A DNA stretch of 64,000 nucleotides from assembly GCA_016748015.1 (NCBI GenBank), contig JAAOMT010000480.1, positions 930,001-994,000 on the forward strand, written 5' to 3'. The DNA is from Geosiphon pyriformis uo1. Its lineage: Eukaryota; Fungi; Glomeromycota. Shown here one piece after another: positions 24,607 to 36,424 of the stretch. How positions within the stretch are numbered: position 1 is the first letter of the stretch; each line of letters opens with the position of its first letter. The position numbers and the translations under genes were made by a program. The notes beneath the pieces were generated by a model. It was given only the letters and a program-made list of their open reading frames with translations, was not told the origin of the DNA and did no database searches.

Positions 24607-26214
24607 ATGGCCCATATAGATGAACAGTTATTTCTTGATTTGAATCGTCAAATCAAAGAATTACAGCACGAAAATCGTCGTTTACAATCCTCCCAAGTTC
24701 CTCGATCAGTCGTTATTGACGTGGTAGATGATCATGAAAGGACAACTTTGCTTCAACATGAGATCATTTCGTCTCAAAATGTGCTTCATACATTTGCCTT
24801 CGTCAAAGGAAAAAATGTTGTAATCAATGAACAAGCTGCACGTTTTCTATTTTCACAATATCTTGCTCTTGCTCCTGATGGAAAACTCTCTAAAAATCAT
24901 TTGGGCTCTTTATTGCAACGACGAATGATTGAATTGAGCTTTGGTATATTAACTAATCAAGTTAAACCTCAATCGTTTAAGCATGATCAAGTCTTCGAAA
25001 ATAGTGATCAATACAAATTGGAATTAGAAATATCTTCAGCCGCAGATAACTTCTTGGATTTGCTTACTTGTTTGAATCCATCGGTAAATGCATCATCTAA
25101 CGCTTATATGAGTGCTGTAGCGAATAAACTTCGTCAACAAATTTTTTCATCCATGACTTCCTATAGTGTAGAAAACTCTGGAAGACTCTTTAAAGAATTG
25201 CAAGAACTGCTTCTTCATGAAATGAACAAATATCGTACTATCTCGAATGATCGAGCCATCAAAGAAGCCAAAAATCTCGCCATAAAAATGATTAATCTTT
25301 TCTATCAACTGAAAAGCAACGATGTTAGAGAAGTTCGGTTTTTCGGTAACGGTGGTTTTTTAGATCGTCAGACCATGGATGGTGGTTATGATGATGATGA
25401 CGAAGAATTCGATTTTCAAATTGATTTTTGCTACTTCCCATTGATCACAACCATTGATAAAAATGGAGAAGAACAGGTTGTTAGTAAAGCAAAGGTGTGG
25501 CTACGTTCTAAAGATGATCCTTGCTTTCACAAACATGAAGATGTGACTCTGTCATTAATGGCACCTATAGAAGAATTAAAAAAATCTCAAGTCAATATTT
25601 CAAATATGGAAGGATATGACATTGTTCAACCAATTACTGGATGTTGGCGCTCGGGTTCTTCAAACTGTGAACCTGAAAAGGCAGCGCTTCGTAAAGAACG
25701 TGATGAATGGAGAAAAAGTTATGAGTCGATCTGTAAAGAAGTGGAAACCCAAAAGCAAGAATCATCTGATAGGATTGAAAAACTTACAAAACAGGTCACA
25801 GAATATTTGGAAGAAAAAGAAGCTTTTGAATTAGAAGCAAAGGCTTTAAAAGATCGACAGCAAACTTTGGACAGTGAAAATGATGATTTAAAAGATAAAA
25901 TAGAGAAGTTAGAATCTACTTCACGTGAAAAACAAGAACGTGAGGAAAAACGTGTTGTTGAAATCTGTGAAGAGATAAAAGAGAAAGAGGCAGAAGTCCA
26001 GCGAGAACTTTCTGCTGAAATTGGAATGTTGAGAAAACAGCTTCAAGCTGCCGAGAACCAGGTTGTTCAATATGCTGAACAGGAAGACTATTTTCTTGGT
26101 GAAATAAAGAACTTATCATTTATAAATCAGTCGAAAGTCATTGAAAATCACAAAGATCCAGCCAGAGCACCGCCTTCTCCAATTGAAGACGATTTCGTTT
26201 TGATTGATGAATAA
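24607..26214 (+). CDS. Intronless protein with unnamed helical+beta domain followed by a long coiled coil
   Basis: Long open frame (first ATG 24607); E/K-rich heptads at the C-terminus; N-terminal domain homologous to 43113-45071. Confidence 0.85.
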   Translation: MAHIDEQLFLDLNRQIKELQHENRRLQSSQVPRSVVIDVVDDHERTTLLQHEIISSQNVLHTFAFVKGKNVVINEQAARFLFSQYLALAPDGKLSKNHLGSLLQRRMIELSFGILTNQVKPQSFKHDQVFENSDQYKLELEISSAADNFLDLLTCLNPSVNASSNAYMSAVANKLRQQIFSSMTSYSVENSGRLFKELQELLLHEMNKYRTISNDRAIKEAKNLAIKMINLFYQLKSNDVREVRFFGNGGFLDRQTMDGGYDDDDEEFDFQIDFCYFPLITTIDKNGEEQVVSKAKVWLRSKDDPCFHKHEDVTLSLMAPIEELKKSQVNISNMEGYDIVQPITGCWRSGSSNCEPEKAALRKERDEWRKSYESICKEVETQKQESSDRIEKLTKQVTEYLEEKEAFELEAKALKDRQQTLDSENDDLKDKIEKLESTSREKQEREEKRVVEICEEIKEKEAEVQRELSAEIGMLRKQLQAAENQVVQYAEQEDYFLGEIKNLSFINQSKVIENHKDPARAPPSPIEDDFVLIDE

Positions 26215-26947
26215 TTCCACAGCTAAAATGGATGATTATGCCTTTAATCATTCATTATCATTCTTTTGATCTATAAAAATTTTGGATTGGAATCCGCAGG
26301 CTTACTAATAGATTTTTAATAAAAGATTTGAAATTACAAACAAAATTTATCGTGAAAAATACACTACCGGTTTTTTGAATTATTCAGTTGAACATTATAA
26401 TCTATAAACCGTTCTTATTTCCTAAGGGTATTTTCTTATATAAATTATTTCAAGATGATCATTTTTGAAAATTCCTTCATGAATTACGAAGTTCAGCTGT
26501 AAACTGTTAGCAGTTTTTTTTTGCTAATAATGAAATTGATTTTAAAGAAAATTCATTATCACCGTTGTCTGCTTAGACTTTCGCCTATCTAAGACATTTT
26601 AATAAATTTTTCAGAGGTCCTATTGCTGAATTTTTTTTGCTTTTTTCATAGTCAATTGAGAAAAAAGGAAATATATCACATATTTAATAGTCTTCATATT
26701 AACCTCTTTGGGTATTTAAAGAATATAAAACTATCAAATACTAAGTTTTAGAGCGGGAAAAGGGAAAAAAAGAATTTTCAATATTAGATTTTTTTCACAA
26801 TATTTTGTAAACTATTTCTTTATATTTGAGATGCTATTTCCTTTATTGGTCATGGAAGTTTTCAGTGCTCTCTGATAGTCTCTATGTTCAATTTGTCCAA
26901 TATTTTAGAGTATACCCAATCATAAGATCGAAATTCCCAATTTAATC

Positions 26948-27687
26948 TCATCTATACGTCACCAACAAAAGGTTCTTTATTGACAAAAGACAAACACTAG
27001 TCAATAGCGAAATCGCAAGCAAAGTACACAAAGAATCTTCCGTACATTTTTCATCTCGAACTAAAAGCACATAGAAAGGTGTAACTAATAATGAATTTAG
27101 CATTGTTATTACATCTAGGACATGGCTTGATAAATTCCCTTCAAAATGATCCATTAAGTGTGGCATATCTTCTTTTCGTGAATTCAGGGATAGCATAGTT
27201 ATATTTATTGAAATGTGTCGAAAATGAATAAAAAATTACAAAATTACAAGAAAATCTCACCAATTATCAAGAGAATGAATAGAAAAAATTTCCACGGAAA
27301 TTCAGGTACTCCCAATGCGCTCGCGTATCTAACCGTTACTCGTATTCCCAGATCAAAACTTATGAATAAGGACAAAAATGTTTTTGCTATTCAAGCATAA
27401 TTGAACCGACAACCAAATGAACACTCAGTAATATTAAAAATAATCATCCAAAAGTAAATTACCCCCTGTCTTAGAGCTTTTGTGAATAAGTTCTCTGATC
27501 TTGGGGAACTAGGTGAGAATATTTCTTGTATTGTTTCGTTAAAATATTCCATCGTTTCTGCTAAATCGGATATCGAGTTTTTTGAAATTTCTTTGATTGA
27601 ATATAAGAAAATTTTACAGAGAAGATGCTCAATGCAATAGTTACCATTCGCGAGTTTTGTTTGTGGTTGCATTTCAAAATCCCCCAT
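26948..27687 (-). pseudogene. Family B ~5-TM membrane protein, copy 4 (disrupted)
   Basis: MGDFEM..WMIIFNITE..YA*IAKTFLSLFISFDLGIRV..LLIIG|(GTGAG donor)..KEDMPHL..LDVITMLNSLLVTPFYVLLVRDEKCTEDSLC..SIKNLLLVTYR*. In-frame TGA at 27391-27393. The intron-2 acceptor reads CAC instead of CAG (27178-27180). Confidence 0.75.
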
Positions 27688-28933
27688 TTTTTAAGACTCA
27701 ATATGAGGCTACTTTTTGCTATTGAGTTAACTTGTAAATTTGAAAAATTTTCAAGCCTTGATTTCACTATTCTCATTTGGGCTCGATTACTCATAAAAAA
27801 AACTATAGCCCAGGTTGGCTTACACTTATCATAGATTGGATGATAAAAATCAACTCCTGGCACTGTCACTTTCAAAAAACAAATAAAAAAAGCTTAGAGA
27901 AATGATTTTACATCGGCTATTATAAATGCAAAGTTTTGTCTGCATGAATGTAGTGGAAAATCATGGCAAAATATCCAAGTTCAGAAATAACATTAGATCA
28001 TATCGTTTGTGACGCAGATAAATTGAAACCGTTAAAGGTGGGTTTTAAATAGAATCTTTAAGTGTTATTGAAAATCAGTGAAAGATGCATGTATTTAAAA
28101 AGACAAATTTGATTAAAAATGCAATAAATATTTCTAAATTTTTTTTTTTCGTGATTTGAAATTTCCAAAATTCAATTAGATCAAATAAGATGATGCTTTA
28201 CCTTTTGATGATCAATGAAAAGTTTAAAAACATGAGCTAATTACGCTGTTAATCGCTTTTATTTTTGTACATTGCCACAAATAGAATTGAATTTTTCCAA
28301 GTGGTCTCTTTAAATTGTGTGTTGAGAAATATCAACCTGGAATATTTTATGATCCCTTGATATAAATTAATTTACAAAATGAAATATTTAGCAAAATAAA
28401 AGTCATTATTTGATAAACTTTATAAAAAGACCAATCCTATTATATTTAGCTTATTAGAATTAGACTTGGTAGATTTAATATCGGTGTATATATGCGATAA
28501 TAAAATAATAATTTTATTAGAATTATATAAATTTCGAAAAAATTTTGTTACATATTTATTATAAGTAAAATAATTTTTTTTTGATTATTAATTATAAAAT
28601 TTTTATATGTTAATTTTTTATATTTTGGCAATAAATGAAATTATTTAAAAAATCATAAAGTATAGACATAATGTGAATATTTTTTAAACATTTGAAAAAA
28701 TTTTTATTAATAACAATTAAAAAATAATAATAATCATTAATTTTTTCGTAGTTAAAAAATATAAATAATTAGTTTGCAAATTTTTTATTAAATCGAAATT
28801 TATCGTAGATTAGAAAAGATTCATACAGTTCTTACAGTCGTTAAAAGAAGTTATGTTTCATCTATTTGAATTAATATATTTATTCTAATTAAATAAGAAT
28901 TTTAGATGCTTTAAAGTCCGTTTATATCATCCC

Positions 28934-30716
28934 CTATTGATTAGCTTTAGGCCTTAAATAAACTTTCAGTTCCTTGCACTGGTTTACAATACGATAAGAG
29001 TACTCTAATGGTTTTTTTGGATTCACTAATTCAATCTCGTATGCTGTAAACAAAGTAATTAACACAATCTTCATCTCTGTCATTGCCATAAATCTCCCCG
29101 GACAAATTCTAATTCCACCACCAAACGGTAAAAAAGTGTTCTTTTCAATTTTTGTTTCTGATTCACTATTCTTCATGAACCGGTCAGGATCAAATTTTTT
29201 TGGATTTGACCAATGGGAATTGTGACAATGAATTCCTTGAATGTTTGCAAAAAACATTGTACCGGCATTGAACTTGCAACCAGCAATTTCATCATCTCGT
29301 GAGATTTCTTTAAAGACTAATGGAGTTACCGGAACGAGGCGAGCGGTTTCTTTAATTATTGCCTCACAGTAAACGAGTTTGTCGAGGTCTTCAAGGGTTA
29401 TTTGGCGGTGCGTAAGGCTGTCAGTTCCAAAAATTTGCTTGATTTCTTGGAGCAGACGGGATTTGACTTCAGGATATTGGGAGATAAAGTAAACAATGAA
29501 ACTGATTGAATTTGCAGTCTGTTAAAAAGTAAAATTGGTGGTTAGTGAATTGAATACCCTTTAATAAATGATAAAAAATGAAATCATTGGATAAAAAAAT
29601 TACTTACGGTATCAATACCCGCTAAAAATACTTCTAAAATATCAGCAGAAATTTCTGCATCAGTCAATAGCCTTGAATGTTCACCATTCGGATCATCTTC
29701 AATGTTAGTTGTTAACAAGGTTGTCAAAATATTAGCATCTAATTTCTCGGGCGTATTTTTAATTTCTTCCCTTCTTTCCTCAATAATATCCGAAATAATC
29801 CCTTTCAAAGCTTGATCGTTTTTTAAACATTTATGGGTATAATGTCTGAATCCAAGTACATAATATCTAATAAACTGTGGAAAAAAGAAGAAATATTGTA
29901 ATCCTGACATCCAATCCATAATTCGTTTTAAAAAAATTTCCGATTCGACCAGGGATTTTCCTTCTGATAATTCAATTTTTTGACTTTTAGGTGCGATAGA
30001 ATTGTAATAATTTCTTAAAGAATTAATTCGATTTCCGGTGGTCGACTTCAAAGTGATATCAGTGGTGTATCGAAACATCCATTGTGTGAGGTCAAGTTCT
30101 GTATTAGGGCCTAACTTTTCCCAGTAACTTTTCGCGTCGATTAATAATTTTTGAGATTCGGTTATGATTTGAGTTAGGAAGTCGTGTGATACTATTGATT
30201 GGGTTAAAATTTTACGATTGAGCCGCCATGATGCTACATCATGATTAAACACGATTCCTCGAGTTTGAAGACCTAGTTCTGTAAATCCATCATTTCTTGA
30301 CCCCTATATTTGGAAATAGAGTTAATTAAAACTTTTTAATTAGCAATTTTATAAAAAAAAATAAAAATAAACCAAAATAATTAATCAGAAATTTAACTAA
30401 CCCTATTAAAGAAATTAAATTTCGCTGACGGTTTCATCATCTTTTCGATTAAATCTGCTCTACCTAAATAGATATTTCTTTCAGAGCCCATATAAACTTC
30501 CCAAATGTCTCCATATTTTGCTTGTAATCGTTGTGCAAATTTTGCTGGATCGCTACCCATCTGATGTAAATTTCCAATTAAAGGAAGTGGTAGCGGACCA
30601 GGTAATGGCGATTGACGTGTGAAATACTTATAGTAAAATCGTATAATGTAAGTAACAAAAAACAACAGCGTAATCTTTAGGTAGCTTTCAAATGTTAGTG
30701 TTAACATGAATGCCAT
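28934..30716 (-). CDS. Cytochrome P450 monooxygenase
   Basis: Exons 30716-30402, 30303-29608, 29518-28934. N-terminal TM, PGPLPLPLIGN, I-helix AGIDT|TANS, ETAR (ExxR), FDPDRF and heme motif FGGGIRICPG. Confidence 0.95.
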
Positions 30717-31487
30717 TGTAAATTTTTAAATGAGATGTTTTTGAAAGAAAATTTTTGAATTGAGTTTAGCAATAAATTATGAAAGATTAAAAATTCAAAA
30801 ATTGTTCGAAAAATTTGGTTGCTATGATAGTTTGAATGTTGTCAAAGTTTTTTTCAGACAACTCGATGCTTCCAGATGAATGAATTTATAACCAAAATTT
30901 CTTTCTTTGTCGATCTAGTTGATATCAATGATAAGCAATTGAGATAATGAATTTTAAGCCACCGATAATTGTCCTAATTCAAAAACATCCTAATTTTAGA
31001 TATGCTCAAGTTTAGAATTTTCCGAGTACACAATTTTATAAATAGACAATTGAAATTGTTTTGTTGATCAATTGGATTTTAATTTTGAATTCCTTTTTTG
31101 AAAAATTTTTAAAAGTGGATTTATTTGTAAGTGGAGGACGAAAAAACAAACAAATAGAAGCAATTAAGGGGTGATATGCATGAAAAATTTAGAGTTTACA
31201 TAATTGGGTAATTCTATATTTAAATAAATTGATTATACGTCATTAGTTGCTAAGGATCTTGTGATTATTGAAAGCCAAACCACTGCGTTTAAGATTAATC
31301 GATGCTTCTGATATTTAAGAGAGTAATTTAAAAATTATCATTTGTAAAACAATTTTTTAAAAATAAAATCTAAAACCATATTGTTTTAGGAATCAGATAG
31401 GCTTGGTTTCTACGTTGTTCAATTATAATTGTATTTTAGAAATTTTTCGTCAATTAGTATTACCTTGCATTTTGGATGAAATTTAAT

Positions 31488-31620
31488 TACAGTGATACCT
31501 CCCTAAGTGCACGCTCTATAAGTGCATACTCTCTCCATATGCATGCTATATAGTCTGGTCCCAAGTACGGGACTTAGAGCTAAATGCACACCCTCTATAT
31601 TCTGCATGTGCAATTGTTTT
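31488..31620 (+). mobile_element. Probable left end (TIR/subterminal region) of a pogo/Tc1-type DNA transposon or MITE
   Basis: TA|CAGTGATACCTCCCTAAGTGCAC with repeated TAAGTGCA and a downstream GGTCCC, an arrangement typical of pogo-like termini. No matching right end seen. Confidence 0.45.
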
Positions 31621-32439
31621 GATTGTCTTGGGACGGTTTTTAAAATTAATCATTTTTCTCAATTGCCTGAACAAAATTATTCAATTCTTAAAAACTGCTA
31701 TATTATTAATTATATAATATTGTTCAAGTTTAACTAAGTTATGCTAAATGACAAAACAAAAATTTTTGAATTATATGAAATTTATTATTATTTTTAGAAT
31801 AAAAAAATTATCATTAAAAACCAAAAAATCATTACTTCTAATATAAACAATATAGACAAAAATTGTTATCACTATTACTTACTTTTTGAAAATTATCTTT
31901 CAAATCAAAATAATAATAAAAATACAAAATGGCAATTTTACAATAATAAAATGAAAAAAAAAAATAACAATTAAACGAAAAATGATTTTGTATCTTTCAT
32001 ATTAAATCAATTTTTAAAATAACAATGGTAACAAAAAAAGCCGTCGTACCATTCCTGGACTTTTTGTATCTGATATTCAACACTTGATGTCGAAAGTTCC
32101 TCCTCAGTAAATCAAAATTTGTCTGCGTAGACTGAGAAACAAAATATTTATTGGAAACGTCAAATTGCGATTCCTACAGAAAAAAGTTTTAGACCCCTAA
32201 AAACATGTAACTTTTAGTAAAATTATAAAAAGCAATATTGTTTCTTTTTCTTTAGGTAAACTTAATCAAAATCAAGAGACTAAATTGAATTGCCTCGGAT
32301 TTTTTAATAAAGATGCCAAGTTCAACCTAACTGGGTAATTAATGCTGTAAAGAAACAAGTTACATTTTGTAACAAAAAAATTTAAAGATCGATTCATCTG
32401 TTGTTCAAAGAATGTAGCAAGTAAAAGCTGATCCCCTGG

Positions 32440-33200
32440 AGTGAGAGGGTGAATGTTCCGTTCTAAAATCAAGTAAAATCACTAAGCTACCTATCTCAAC
32501 TGTACGATAAAATGTTAAAAAAATGGAAAAAACAGGAAAAATTGAGCACAAAAACGGTAATGGTCATCGTAAGAAAAGTACCAAAATATACGAAGGAAGT
32601 AGACATTTCATATCACACAATTGGCAGACAGATAAAATTACTTGGATATATGAAAAACCTTCTAATTACTACGCCAATGCTCACGCAAGTTCAAAAGAAA
32701 AAACGACAAATTTTATTTTAATGATAACTGGAAAAAACCTTACTTTCTGTTGAAACAGCATTTCAAACTGTTCCCAACACAATTCTACATTGGTAAAAGG
32801 GAAAACAGATAATTTGTCCAAGACCAAAAGATCGCACAAGAATTTTTGCGTGTGATGGTTTTAAATGAAGAGAAAAACCAGTTTATTTTGTTTTTCGGCG
32901 TATCATGGATGCTAAGTTTTATATTGAAAAGTTAATGGAATACTTGGGAAGAAGTGGTGTTTTCAACAAGATAACGATCCCAAGCATATAAGTCGAGTAG
33001 CTAAGGCGTTTCTTGTAGAAAATGTACCTCAAGTATTGACTGGCCATCTTGTAGTTCGGATCTAAATTTGTTGAAAACCTGTAGGCAATCGTTAAACGTG
33101 TAGAAAAACGAATGTGGATGATTTGGAGCGACATATGGAATTCTTTGCCGAAAAACATTTGGTAAAACTAAATGTCGCGAAAAAATTCCATATGAAATTT
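32440..33200 (+). mobile_element. Near full-length degenerate Tc1/mariner transposase
   Basis: Across frameshifts and stops: LPISTVR*NVKKMEKTGKIEHKNGNG (HTH); ISYHTIGRQIKLLGY..TPMLTQVQKKKR; NDNWKK..SVETAFQ (degenerate FSDE); PKDRTRIFA; WCFQQDNDPKHISRVAKAFL; DWPSCSSDLN..VENL. Confidence 0.85.
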
Positions 33201-33382
33201 TATATTGATAAAATCAGTGGCTTTTTGGCCTTTCTAATAATACGATTCTGTGTGATCTTTTTTCACACTCTGTAACTCTTCACCAAAATGGTTTTATATG
33301 ACGTTTAATAAAGTATTCACAGAGCAAAGCAAAATTTACTGATTGATTTGTAAGATGATTGTGCCATCAATCCATCAATCCA

Positions 33383-34957
33383 TCAATTTTGAAGAGTGGC
33401 GGATGGAAGAAAATTCCCTCTCTCAAGAGATTGTCGAGTTTCCTTTACCTTTTTTTGGAAAATTTGAAATGAACCAATCAAATTGATCTCCCTAATTTTA
33501 AGGTTAGAATTAGTAGCTATCAAATTATGATTTGTATACTCCCCCATCTCATTGAGGACCGAGTTAAATTCATGTAATTGGCTTGATAGACGAATATGAT
33601 TTTCGATGGTTACTTTAAGGTCTTCGCGCATATATTCGCAAGCAACCACGGTGCCAACACCTACAGCGCCGAGACCAACAGTGAGAATTTTCTTTGTTAA
33701 AAAAGAAAATGATTTTTGTCTAATGAATACAAGGTATAAAAATTCAACATATAATAAGTGTTATTTATTTTCTGAAATTACCTCATTACGACTGAGTTTA
33801 CTCCAGGTTTTGGTTCCGTATGTAAGTGATGCCGACGTAAGTCTGATAGTTCAGTAAAAGAGCAAATTATACATTTAAACAAAAATGGTTAAATAGAAAA
33901 TCAATTTTAAATAGAAATCAACTCACAACATCCCAGCCATTTTGCCAAGACTCCAATTGCTACGACTCAGTCTTTGTTTATTTAATTCATCTTCAAGAAT
34001 TTTGGAGATTTGGTTCAACGAAAAGCTCAATTCTGTGATTGCACTTGAAAGGTTTGGAAGGGTTTCTAATAATGATATACTAAATTCAATTATTCAAACT
34101 ATGAATCAGAATTATTAAGTCGTTGAACCAAAACGTACCTAGAAACAAATCAAAATTTACCCCATTTTCTTGTGACAAAGAATCGATAGTAGTAGCAAGA
34201 GTTTGTTCGAGAAGTTCCAAGCTTTTAGTAAACTTTCTCTTGTCCTCTTCGTTAATATCTGGCAAAGGATTATTCTCATAACTCTTTCTCAACCTGACAA
34301 TGTAACGGACCGTAATAATAATTTCTCGCATGAGAGGTATACAACAAATTGTCTTTTAAAAATTGCGAAAAGTTCATTGAGTAATTTAACAAATTATCCT
34401 TAATTGAGAGTAACACTTTAATATGAATAAAATACCTCTACAAAATTTTCGACCGTACCAACAACACGACGGTTTGATATCAATTTATTAAAAAAATTAA
34501 CAAGCCATTTTGCCCACTCAGAATCCGCTGTAAAATCTTCCACAGGGGTGAAAACAAGCAAATGCTCGTCATCATCGGTATAATAAACTTTGGGTGTTAT
34601 TGCGAAAATAGCAGATAAAACTGGTACGAGGTGTTTAATATGTTCCCTTTTCAAATTCGCAAGTAGGTCAATAGCCCTATCAATTGAACTCAAACTCATT
34701 CGAGATTCGTCATCAGGACTCGCATCTTCAATATTCCAGGATAATACGGAGGTTTTTTGTTCATTGAGTCGCTTCTTAACGAAGCATAAAGAATACATAG
34801 AGTATTAGTTTTAGCAGTTACTATTAGCTTAAACTTTGTAACAAATAAAAAAAAGCTATTTTTTTACCGGGAAACGGTTCAAGTCCGATCGTTTTTCAAT
34901 GTAATGAAAAGCATCCTGGAAAAAAATCACCGCTCCCAATAAATCTAACTGTGTCAT
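33383..34957 (-). CDS. Uncharacterised alpha-helical protein with a Gly-rich hydrophobic hairpin near the C-terminus
   Basis: Six exons splice in frame via GT-AG introns: MTQLDLLGAVIFFQDAF..FP|KRLNEQK..NFVE|TICCIPLMRE..DLFL|GISLLETLP..LGKMAGM|LLTSASLTYG..SRNE|KILTVGLGAVGVGTVVACEYMRE..LQN*. Confidence 0.8.
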
Positions 34958-35863
34958 TTTTGAACGTGCTTCGAGTTATGAATCAAGATATTACAACTAG
35001 TAGAAACACTTCAAGGAGAGAAAGGTGAGAGTTAGGGTATTCTGCAAGAGAAACGTATGGTTTAAATAAATAGCTGACGTCGTTCACCGGTTATTACCTA
35101 ATGAGTAGGTGAACTAGACCAAATACATGTATCATGCATGGCATTTGGCGCAAGTTTAAAATTAAGAGAATAAAAAGTCAAAAAGGATAAATTGTGTAGA
35201 AAATTCATTCAAGGGTAGAAAAAAGATGAAAAATTTCAATTATTCCAAAAGATGGCACTTGCAAAATATATAATTTTACAGTCGTTTCGGAATAATAAAA
35301 ATATAAAATAATTATTTTGACCAATCTTATTATAAAACTTACATATATACTACAGAGCTGAATTCACCAGAAAAATTAATAGGTTTCCGAAATTATACGA
35401 ATTTTCATGTTGGTCAGTAAATAATTTTAGTAGAAAGTGGTTGGAGCAGTCGGCCAAATTTCAATGAAAAGTTTTTACTAAAGAAAACTCTGGAAGGCTT
35501 TATTTCTGTATATCATGACTAAAAAGATTTGAATAAATATAAAAAACTTCTTTATTTTTACTGATTTTAGATCAGGCTTGGATGAAATAATTGTCACCAA
35601 TTATAAACACTTTCTCTCCATCGTAATGAAATGTTGATTTAAATGCAAGGGTTTTAGAAACAATCTAGCGCCTGCAAAAAATTGAAGCTCAAAGAAAATT
35701 TTAATGTCTACACTTTGTAAAGATCAACCAATTATATAAATTTAAAACAAAGTGCATGATTAATGGCCATCACAAAAACTAAATATTAAAATAATCAAAT
35801 TTACCTGATCACTTGATTTCTATGCACTCAAAGCCTTCTTAATACACAACATGATCCTTTCAT

Positions 35864-36424
35864 TCAAAGGAGATTGATTTTATGAAGCTTAGTTTCTTCT
35901 TTCTTGCTAATTCTGGTCGTCAACACACCATGATCAAATCGAGCATCTATTTCATCAGTGTTGGCCGTTGATGGAAGAGGAATAAAACGAGAATGAATAC
36001 CATGACGACGCTCTTGGATGTGAGTTTTGCCCTTTTCCAAACTTGACTCAAGTTTTGTTTCGGCTCTAATGTATAACATGTTGTCTCCATAAAGTTCAAA
36101 ATGAATATCCTCCTTCTTGGCACCCTATTTTATTTAATTTCAATTGAGAAAGAGATTTAATTTCAAAATTAATATTTGAATCAATTTATCAGATTCTCGC
36201 AATCAACTCACAGGCAAATCACATTTAATAATGATCTCATTATCTGTTTCATGAGCATCAACTTTAGGACAAAGGTGGAGATCTCGAGTTGGAAGGTGAT
36301 CTTGTCCCTTGGCGCTCGCATCACGATTGTGACTTCCAAATCCAATTTCAGATAAAAAATCTTTGAACAGGCTTTTAACCTTCCTCTCCAAACGCTTTAA
36401 ATCTTCAAGATGAAAAGAGTACAT
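35864..36424 (-). CDS. Small heat-shock protein (Hsp20/alpha-crystallin)
   Basis: Two exons: ..PKVDAHETDNEIIIKCDLP|GAKKEDIHFEL..ERRHGIHSRFIPLP..IDARFDHGVLTTRISK; canonical sHSP motifs. Confidence 0.9.
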
